A DNA stretch of 14,011 nucleotides from Octopus sinensis (Eukaryota), in assembly GCF_006345805.1 (NCBI RefSeq), contig NW_021825993.1:1-14011 (forward strand). Reading direction: 5' to 3'. Every line of letters begins with the position of its first letter. Position 1 is the stretch's first letter. The position numbers and the translations under genes are program-made. The notes beneath the pieces are model-generated. The model was not told where the DNA came from, ran no database searches, and saw only the letters and a program-made list of their open reading frames with translations. This document shows positions 1-7,127 of the stretch, in pieces.

Positions 1-174
1 AAAAACACCAACGCGAGGACGTGGAAAAAATAAAGTATTATTGGACGCTCAGGAAAGAAGGGAAGAAGGAGGGTTTAACGTTTCGAGCGGAGCTCTTCGT
101 CGGAAGCAAAGGAGAAGGAAAGATCCCGAGAAGGGAAGACAGAGGAAAAAAATTGCTGGCGGTGCTCACGAGGT
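1..174 (-). mobile_element. Penelope-like (PLE-type) terminal repeat fragment carrying a degenerate hammerhead motif (repeat family P1); runs off the window start
   Basis: The minus strand contains ttCCGACGAa-gagc-tcc-gctc-GAAACGTT, followed by pyrimidine-rich sequence. Minimal type I hammerheads in terminal repeats are an established PLE feature. The family assignment is inference. Confidence 0.45.
73..107 (-). ncRNA. Degenerate minimal type I hammerhead ribozyme-like motif
   Basis: Core CCGACGA (103-97; U4 replaced by C), extra A, stem II GAGC/GCTC with a 3-nt loop, GAAA (84-81), CGTT. Helix I is weak (GCTT/AAAC, one mismatch). Confidence 0.4.
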
Positions 175-184
175 CACATATATA

Positions 185-521
185 GTCCCCTTAGGTCTTG
201 AACGACCATTGGATTGTACCTACAAAGTTACCCTTCAAGGCACAAGTCCAAGCAAGGTTGTTTATGGAAGACCAGCAGTTGCCCATGTATACTAACCTCC
301 CTTCTCCATACCACCCTTGTTATCCAAGGCAAAGGCAAATAACGATACAGCTTGGCATCAGCGACGTCACAACTTATTTCCACGGCTCACCGAGCTGGAG
401 CAACGTGTAATAAAGTGTCTTGCTCAAGAACACAACACACAGCCAAGTGCACGAATCGAAATCACTACCTCATGATTCTGAGCCCGACGATTTAACCACT
501 GAGCCATGCGCCTTCACTACA
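185..521 (-). mobile_element. tRNA-derived SINE (family B), near full length
   Basis: Minus strand: A-box TGGCTCAGTGG (506-496), degenerate B-box GATTTCGATTCG (~463-452), then a CORE-like GTGTTCTTGAGCAAGACACTT. Flanked by CACATATATA at 175-184 and 522-531 (10-bp candidate TSD, low complexity). Confidence 0.8.
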
Positions 522-605
522 CACATATATACATATATGTGTGTGTATGTGTGTGCGTATGTAAATATGTATATAATGTATATACACATATATATATATA
601 TATAG

Positions 606-636
<31 letters not shown>

Positions 637-870
637 TATAATATATAAATATATAGATATATATATATCCATATCCCTACAATTAATATGCCTACATGCC
701 TATACATACGTCCTACGTTTACATACTTATAAACATACATACATACGTACGTACTTACCTTCATACATATACATACATTTATACATACATGAACATATGT
801 ACACATGTATACATACATGCATATATATTCATACATATTTACACACAAACGCACATTCAGTCATACAAAC
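522..870. repeat. Compound (TA)n/(TACA)n microsatellite
   Basis: Read directly from the sequence. Confidence 0.9.
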
Positions 871-898
871 TTACAGTTCTCTATTTAAGAGATGAAGA

Positions 899-1080
899 AT
901 TATTTACATTATTTATATTTTACGAATATTTGTCCTGATCTTGTTTGTTAACACAATGTTTTGGCTGATGTACCCTCCAGCCTTCGTCAGATGTCTTGAG
1001 GAAATTTCGAACCTTCAGGTCTCTTGGGGAAATTTCGAATCTGGGTTCTCATTCCTAAGGTATTTTTCGATGTTGTTGTT
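899..1080 (-). mobile_element. Hammerhead-bearing interspersed repeat (family P2), copy 1; inverted relative to 2628-2789
   Basis: The reverse complement aligns along its length with 2628-2789 (catcgaaaaataccttaggaatgagaaccc...gacaaatat...gtaaataat). It also contains a 28-nt-period internal duplication (988-1013 / 1016-1041). Confidence 0.8.
950..995 (-). ncRNA. Minimal type I hammerhead, mutated (probably inactive)
   Basis: Minus strand: GACAT-CTGACGA-A-GGCTGG-AGGGTACA-TCAGCC-AAAA-CATT-GTGTT. G12 of GAAA is A, and ACGT has become ACAT; both are CpG-type transitions relative to the 2690-2735 copy. Confidence 0.6.
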
Positions 1081-1090
1081 ATTATTATTA

Positions 1091-1162
<72 letters not shown>
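1081..1162. repeat. (ATT)n microsatellite
   Basis: Read directly from the sequence. Confidence 0.95.
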
Positions 1163-1714
1163 GAGTGAGAGAGCAGTGCATGCCTTCAAAGTGACACTGG
1201 GGTAAAATATACGAAGCCCAGTATACCCATCATGACTACCCGTCTGATAAGGGTACACTAGGCACATGCATCACAACCATATGTGCGCGACATGGTGATC
1301 TCATATCAAAATAAACAGCACATGACCTTGCAGGTGGGGCCCCCAGTTAGAATTTTCTTCAGGTCGAGTAACCCATCCCACTCGAAAGGTCCCTGAATAA
1401 GGGTTGTTTAAGGATGTTGAACCAAACCCATGTTTCCAGAGGTGAATATTCAAACTCCAAAGAATCCCTCTCAACAACTGGCTATGATACTCCCCCACTA
1501 CTTCTGCTCGTGATCAGAGATGCACATATCGTCAGCCACTAAGGGACATGCTCAACTGGTTAAAGTCAAACAACTGACAAGCAATCTGTGGTATTGAGCA
1601 GAATATTTGCTGTAGCCCATCTTTTATACCAAGACAAAACAATGTACATGATAACACTTCCAATCAGTTAAGATCAGAAGCCATGTGAGCCACTGCTGGT
1701 ACTGCATCAGGGCA
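1163..1714 (-). mobile_element. Unclassified 552-bp non-coding element embedded in (TAA)n
   Basis: A complex-sequence block with sharp borders and ATT tracts on both sides. I recall it as a recurrent Octopus interspersed repeat (unverified). The orientation is inferred only from TAA polarity. Confidence 0.45.
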
Positions 1715-1722
1715 TATTATTA

Positions 1723-1801
<79 letters not shown>

Positions 1802-1857
1802 TTATATTATTATTATTAGTATATTATTATTATTATTATTATATTATTATTATTATT
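1715..1857. repeat. (ATT)n microsatellite
   Basis: Read directly from the sequence. Confidence 0.95.
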
Positions 1858-1937
1858 AACCACTACGCCATATGCCCCGAGTTCGAATCCAAACAGTAAC
1901 CTGATAATAATAATGATATGATAATAATAATAATAAT

Positions 1938-2548
1938 TGGGAACACAATCCACCTCAGTGCTTGAAAATGACCACATCTCACTCCTCTGGAACTTCACCA
2001 TTCAAACTGACAGGAGATAGATGCAAATACGCGACATCAGATCATATTGAAAGACTTCAGACAAAGAACATGCCTCCTCATTGATATGTCTGTCCCAATC
2101 GATATAAACGTATCTGTCAAGACCTACCAAAAACTGAGCAAATATAAAGATCTTGAAATAGAAATCAGCCAAAATGTGGAAGCTGAAGACTAAAATAATA
2201 CCTGTGTCATAGGTGCCCGGGGGATATGATAGTGAAAGGGACTGATTGCTACCTAACTCAGATACCAGGAAACCCCAAAATGGCAGAAAGTCAAAAGATA
2301 GTGCTCATGGGAATTGCTCATATCCTACGCAAAATACTCTCTATGTAATCCCAAGGTTTAAAACAAACTTTTTTTTATTTTTATTTTTATTTTTATTTTT
2401 TTTAAAATTTTATTTTTATGTATTAGACATTCACTAGTACAACACCAAAAAAACCCAAATATATGGCACAGAACTCCAACCTGTTGTCTCTGAGGTCTCT
2501 GGGTGAGACTTGGAGCCAACTTGTACAGACATAAAGCAAAAGTCAAAC
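1938..2548 (+). mobile_element. 5'-truncated R4/Dong-clade non-LTR retrotransposon (RLE domain pseudogene 1938-2348 plus 3' UTR)
   Basis: Frameshift-corrected translation: WEHNP.SVLENDHISLLWNFTIQTDR.IDAN...IILKDFRQRTCLLIDMSVPIDINVSVKTYQKLSKYKDLEIEIS.MWKLKTKIIP.VIGA.G...LRKILSM* (TAA at 2346-2348). This is the PD-(D/E)xK-type RLE C-terminus of R4/Dong elements. It is flanked by (AAT)n on both sides; Dong elements are known to target TAA repeats. Confidence 0.85.
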
Positions 2549-2566
2549 TATATAATAATAAAAAAA

Positions 2567-2627
<61 letters not shown>
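2549..2627. repeat. (AAT)n microsatellite
   Basis: Read directly from the sequence. Confidence 0.95.
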
Positions 2628-2628
<1 letters not shown>

Positions 2629-2789
2629 CAACAACAACAACATCGAAAAATACCTTAGGAATGAGAACCCAGGTTCGAAATTACCCCAAGACACCTGATG
2701 AAGGCTGAAGGGTATATCAGCCGAAACGTTGTGTTAACAACAAAGATGAGGACAAATATCCGTCAAATGTAAATAATGTAAATAATGTA
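2628..2789 (+). mobile_element. Hammerhead-bearing interspersed repeat (family P2), copy 2, PLE-type terminal repeat
   Basis: Inverted homolog of 899-1080. Begins with (CAA)n, contains the hammerhead, and ends in a short AATGTAAAT tandem tail. Confidence 0.8.
2690..2735 (+). ncRNA. Minimal type I hammerhead ribozyme with intact core
   Basis: Helix I GACAC (2690-2694) / GTGTT (2731-2735); CTGATGA (2695-2701); extra A; stem II GGCTGA (2703-2708) / TCAGCC (2717-2722) with an 8-nt loop; GAAA (2723-2726); palindromic ACGT as vestigial helix III; predicted cleavage triplet GUU (after 2730). Confidence 0.75.
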
Positions 2790-2861
2790 TACAGGCTTAC
2801 ATAGCTACGTGCATTCATGCACATATACAATCATAATACCTACGTGCATTTATGCACTTAC

Positions 2862-2892
<31 letters not shown>

Positions 2893-2938
2893 CATACATA
2901 CATACATACATACATACATACATACATACATTCATACA
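2790..2938. repeat. (TACA)n microsatellite with degenerate 5' part
   Basis: Read directly from the sequence. Confidence 0.9.
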
Positions 2939-3389
2939 TGATGGTAGTCAACTCATGATGGAGTAAGATCATTTCCTAAACTCAGTAGGTTAGTACAAAA
3001 GTTTCGAGAGCCCAGGAAGTTGCGGCGTGTGAATTTGTTTTGAGTGGATAAAGTGTTCCACGGCATTGACCCAATTTTCCAACGCAATCATCTCTAAAAC
3101 CAGTAGCACAACAGATTTTAAAATGCCCTAAAACCAACTGGACTTCAGGGTTTTTCTCATAGAAGGAAGTTATAACGAGAACTAGAGGTCCTTCATTCCT
3201 AGTTGTTCACATGCTGGTTAACCTATAGCGAGGGTGGTCCTAAAAGGTAGCAAGACTTCGGTTAGAATGGACCTGGGAATAATACTGGTTAAGAGATGGT
3301 TCCACACTCCTCAAAACACTGTAACAAAACACTGAGACTTCCGTACCAGAGCTTCACAACCGGATACAGCTTAAAGTTACTCATTGGAC

Positions 3390-3938
3390 ATACGTGCTTA
3401 TGTACACACACACACATACATACATACATACATACATACATACATACATACATACATACTGTTGCGGAAGGTTTCCGACCGCCCCCAAGTGACTATAGGT
3501 GGAAGATCTCATTGCTATAAAACAAAGAACGGTCTAAAGCTATGGCCATATTACATATACAATACATATATCCATGCATACATACATACATACATGCATA
3601 CATACATACATACATACATACATACATACATACATACATACATACATACATACATACATACATACATACATACATACTAATAAAAATACCCTGTTGTTGA
3701 TGTTGAAATTTCGGTGAAGGTGCCTCGGATCTAGGTTAGAAACCGGTTCTTTCTGTATTGGCAAGAAATCTTGAAATAAACAGAATAATGACATACAAAC
3801 ATACAAGTACACATACATACATACATACATACATACATACATTCATGTACACATACACGCTTACGCACGTACGCACGTGCACACAACATACACACACATA
3901 CATACATACATACATACATACATACATACATACATACA
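3390..3938. repeat. (TACA)n/(CA)n microsatellite array interrupted by two unique inserts (~3458-3555 and 3678-3791)
   Basis: Read directly from the sequence. Confidence 0.9.
3678..3791 (+). mobile_element. Candidate 3' terminus of a (CATA)n-tailed retroelement
   Basis: A 114-bp complex block running directly into CATAC repeats. I recall this block as the 3' end of an Octopus RLE-type element (unverified). Confidence 0.35.
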
Positions 3939-4630
3939 TGTATGTGAGCGATTGGCAATTCGTGTTGGTAGCAGTTCACTGTGAACCTTTGATACAGAGC
4001 GTCGAGTCTGGTGCAATAGTAATAGTCGTGCTTCGTGTATATACTTTCTTCCCACACACTACACCCTGCTTCGTTATATTACATACCGTAAATCCTTGAA
4101 TATAGTCCGCCCTTGAATATAATACGCAGGGGATTTTTAGGGGGCTGTACTTCTGAAAAACCTAAACCTTGTGTATAATATGCACCCCTTCTCTAACTTG
4201 AGTCGTGCGTAATTAAGCCAGCAGCACGTAGTCGAACAAACACTTCCACGCATACGTAATACAATAATGGTGATGTTCTTAACTGTTATATGGGAATGTA
4301 AATATGTTTGCAAATTGTTTTTGTTACAAGCTATTCTGTGTTCTGAATACTTTCATTTTAATAATGTTGCTTACTGCAAGTTATGGATAATTCTTTTATG
4401 ACTTCATTGCTTTCAGGCTTAGCTTAATGTATTTTCGCGCCCGACATCACAAAATGCGTCAGAATAAACATTGCCGGGCAGCAAATAGAGACTCAAACAT
4501 TGCTTAGAAAATATTTTTCATTTTTAACCTCGTATATAGTACGCACTAGGGATTTTGACCTTTAAATTTGTGGGGGGAAATATGTGGATTATACTCGAGG
4601 ATTTATGGTATCTAATACAACGATATAAAA
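3939..4630 (+). mobile_element. Candidate 5' LTR of a Ty3/gypsy element (about 165 bp after removing the nested MITE)
   Basis: Starts with TG at the edge of the TACA tract and ends immediately before the PBS and gag. The 3' end reads ATAAAA rather than the canonical CA, and there is no second LTR in the window. Confidence 0.35.
4086..4608. mobile_element. MITE, Tc1/mariner superfamily (pogo/Tc2-like), 523 bp
   Basis: 25-bp TIRs: CCGTAAATCCTTGAATATAGTCCGC (4086-4110) versus the reverse complement of 4584-4608, 20/25 identical with all mismatches transitions. TA duplication at 4084-4085 and 4609-4610. Subterminal CCTYGWRTATA-like repeats are present, and there is no transposase. Confidence 0.88.
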
Positions 4631-4631
4631 G

Positions 4632-4641
4632 TAGCGACGAG
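4632..4641 (+). promoter_or_regulatory. Primer-binding site complementary to the 3' end of tRNA-Ser(GCU)
   Basis: TAGCGACGAG is TGGCGACGAG with one transition, the complement of ...CUCGUCGCCA. It lies 28 nt upstream of the gag ATG (4670). Confidence 0.55.
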
Positions 4642-4669
4642 TTGTTTGAAGAAAAAAAAATCATTCAAC

Positions 4670-5568
4670 ATGGTGTATTCACTGGCCTCCGTGGTACAGT
4701 TGCAACAACAGCAACAACACCAGCAACTACAGCAGCAGCAACAGCAATTGCAGCAGCAGCAACTACAACAGCAACAGCAACAAAACCAACAGTTGCTGGA
4801 ATTAATGTTGAAGAAGTCTGAAAATACTTTAGGTTCGTAGAATTCAGCCATATACCACAAATGGCCTGAACTCTTTGCATGAACACCACTCTGTACATAA
4901 CTCCATGTCCCCCTTCATGGCCTTGCTTTTTGCTTTTTGAGCCAAAAAAATTAACTTAACTTATTACCTTCTTTACATGTTTTCGTAGATACAAAAAAAA
5001 TCTTCAAAGAAGAGTCTAAAAGTTGGTCCGACGAGAAAAAAAGTTCGACTATTTTTACGAAAGTTATTCCCTGCCGAACACGAAAAATATAGCAATTAAA
5101 TTCTGTCGAAGAAGTCAGGTGAGATTTGTTTCGATGAAACAATTAATATTTTATCGAGAATTTTCAATGAAAGAAATTCCCTGTTTAATATTTATTGGCA
5201 ATGTTTAAATTTGGTGAAATACGATGAAGATTTCGTCACCTATACCGGAGTGGTTAACAGAGAGTGTGAGAAATTAAAATTGAATGAGTTGACCCCGGAC
5301 ATGGTGAAGTCTTTCATTTTTGTTCAATGGTTTAACTGCAAGCAAAGATACAGATATACGTTTCGGGATATTAACAAAATTAGAACAGGAACAAAATTTA
5401 ACAGTACAAGGAAATAAAATTAAAGAGAAAGATTGCTCTCAAATTCAGGTATGTCGACCGGTAACGAATAAGAAATAAGAGAAAAACTTATAAAGACCGA
5501 ACCAATGTTTTGGGAGTTGCGGTGGTCTACATTTTGAAAATAACTGTCCGTCTAGAAATATAAAATAC
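4670..5568 (+). pseudogene. gag: Decayed Ty3/gypsy (K02A2.6-like) Gag with polyQ N-terminus and CCHC zinc knuckle
   Basis: Frameshift-corrected: ...TFFTCFRRYK.IFKEESKSWSDEKKVRLFLRKLFPAEHEKYSN*ILSKKSGEICFDETINILSRIFNERNSLFNIYWQCLNLVKYDEDFVTYTGVVNRECEKLKLNELTPDMVKSFIFVQGLTASKDTDIRFGILTKLEQEQNLTVQ... Knuckle CFGSCGGLHFENNC at 5506-5547. At least three frameshifts (~4993-5000, ~5036-5042, 5328) and several stops. Confidence 0.8.
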
Positions 5569-5692
5569 ACATACACATACATACATACATACATACATAC
5601 ATACATACATACATACAACATACATACATACATACATGCATACATACATACATACATACATACATACATACATACATACATACATACATACA
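5565..5692. repeat. (TACA)n microsatellite
   Basis: Read directly from the sequence. Confidence 0.95.
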
Positions 5693-5990
5693 CAGGGAAC
5701 AAACGTTATGAACTGTTGTAGAAATCAATTCTCCTGAAGATATAATGTGACGTGTAATATTGAAAGAAAAGAGAACAACTAAGCTGAACAAAAACAGAAC
5801 TTACCATTCTTGCATCTGGACCTACAGAATCAGAATTCTACCATTTATCATAGGTGCAACGGGCTATATAATACGAGAACTGCATAAAAGCCACAAAATG
5901 CTAGAATTTTCCATGTAAGAAGAAAGCAAACCAACGCGGGTCTTACACACCAAATCGATTAGTAATATGGCAAAGATTCATAAAACGATT
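5691..5990 (+). pseudogene. RLE endonuclease C-terminal fragment of a second non-LTR retrotransposon lineage, 5'-truncated at (TACA)n
   Basis: Frameshift-corrected: HREQTL*TVVEINSPEDINVTCNIERKENN*AEQKQNLPFLHLDYRIRILPFIIGATGYIIRELHKSHKMLEFS...VLHTKSISNMAKIHKT. It has the RLE pattern hhE/Dh.xP.D.N...K...Y and the P.hIGA.G motif (5847-5864), which it shares with 1938-2348. Confidence 0.65.
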
Positions 5991-6002
5991 CCACATTTGA
6001 GC

Positions 6003-6072
6003 GTAGATCGATCTACTCGACTTATCCGCTTCCCTGAAATTGCTGGCTTCGTGCCGAAAATTTGAAACCATT
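6003..6072 (+). mobile_element. SINE family A, 3' fragment (tail type 1)
   Basis: ...tcgacttatcc...gaaattgctggcttcgtgccgaaaatttgaaacc matches the tails of the copies at 6465-6640 and 11706-11908. Confidence 0.6.
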
Positions 6073-6084
6073 ATCGCTATTATT

Positions 6085-6227
6085 AAGGCGGCATCACTGG
6101 GGTCGACTTTGCCTTTCTTCATTTCGAGGTCGATAAATTAAGTACCAGTGAAACACTGAGGTCGATGTAATCGACTAGTTCCCTCCCGCCATATTTCAGA
6201 CCTTGTACCTTTAGTAGAAACGATTAT
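6085..6227 (+). mobile_element. SINE family A, rearranged copy (tail type 2)
   Basis: AAGGCGGC head stub, body GGTCGACTTTGCCTTTC...TAAGTACCAG...GTCGATGTAATCGAC, tail CTTGTACCTTTAGTAGAAA. Confidence 0.75.
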
Positions 6228-6231
6228 AATA

Positions 6232-6466
6232 AAGGCGGCGAACTGGCAGAATCGTTAGCACGCCGGGTGAAATGCTTCGCGGTATTTCGTCTGCCGCTAC
6301 GTTCTGAGTTCAAATTCCTCCGAGGTCGACTTTGCTTTTCATCCTTTCCGGCTCGATAAATTAAGTACCAGTTACGCACTGGGGTCGATGTAATCGACTT
6401 AATCCCGTCGTCTGTCCTTGTTTGTCCCCTCTATGTTTAGTCCCTTGTGGGAAATAAAGAAATAAG
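6232..6466 (+). mobile_element. SINE family A, full length (tail type 3)
   Basis: tRNA-like head with A-box TGGCAGAATCG and B-box GAGTTCAAATTCC, the shared body, and tail GTCCTTGTTTGTCCCCTCT...AAAGAAATAAG. Confidence 0.9.
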
Positions 6467-6640
6467 AATCGTCAGCAAGCCGGGCAAAATTCTTTAGCGG
6501 CATTTCGTCCGACTTTACGCTCTGAGTTCAAATTCCGCCGAGGTCGACTTTGCCTTTCATCCATTTCGGTGTCGATGTAATCGACTCATTCCACGCACCC
6601 ACCGAAATTGCTGGCCTTGTGCAAAAATTTGAAATTAATA
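6465..6640 (+). mobile_element. SINE family A, 5'-clipped and internally deleted (tail type 1)
   Basis: Starts inside the A-box. B-box GAGTTCAAATTCC is present. About 32 nt are missing between two GTCGAT motifs (junction 6571-6576). Confidence 0.8.
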
Positions 6641-7047
6641 TGATATTTATGATAATATGATGAATAGAACTGAGACGGAATCGACTAAGACGATGTCGTT
6701 CTTGTTTCTATTCGTGGTCCTGGTGATGGTGGTAGAGGAAGAACGAAAACGAAGAATTTTCAAAGCCAAGAGCCATATTTCAATTATTAGTTCTATGGAA
6801 ATTTCTGCGAGAGAGCCACGAAATTTGGTTGTTGACTTGCCTTTTTTTCCTTTTTAGTCACATTCTTTTTAGGTTTTTTTTTCTTCTCTTTTCACAATTC
6901 TACCGAAATGTTCCCAACATTAGCAGACAATGGAATGTCAGTAAGGAGTTCTGGTCCTCTTGGTCTTTTGCTGGTGGCAAAATAGGGGAGGGAATGGTTC
7001 CAATAATGCATGGGAATCGTTCTACATTAAATCTAATTCCTTGCAAT

Positions 7048-7070
7048 CTATCTATCTATCTATCTATATC

Positions 7071-7127
<57 letters not shown>

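Noticed and set aside
440-521. tRNA genes at A-box/B-box motifs (also 6232-6320 and 8784-8870)
   Set aside because: No full cloverleaf or acceptor stem is evident, and each runs directly into a SINE body and tail.
1480-1540. Hammerhead in the 552-bp element (CTGACGA on the minus strand at 1535-1529)
   Set aside because: It is followed by GAAG rather than GAAA, and has no convincing stem II or helix I.
1660-1682. U2 snRNA-like stretch (ATCAGTTAAGATC)
   Set aside because: The match is only ~10 nt with gaps, and there is no branch-point recognition sequence or Sm site around it.
2940-3390. CR1/L2 LINE 3' fragment on the minus strand (PWNTL at ~3072-3047)
   Set aside because: Only a single short WNxL motif is present and the upstream motifs cannot be reconstructed, so the evidence is insufficient without BLASTx.
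5692-5730. Second Gag zinc knuckle resuming after the TACA tract (TGNKR...)
   Set aside because: A different frame gives a much longer coherent RLE-like peptide (REQTL*TVVEINSPED...IIGATG), which explains the region better.
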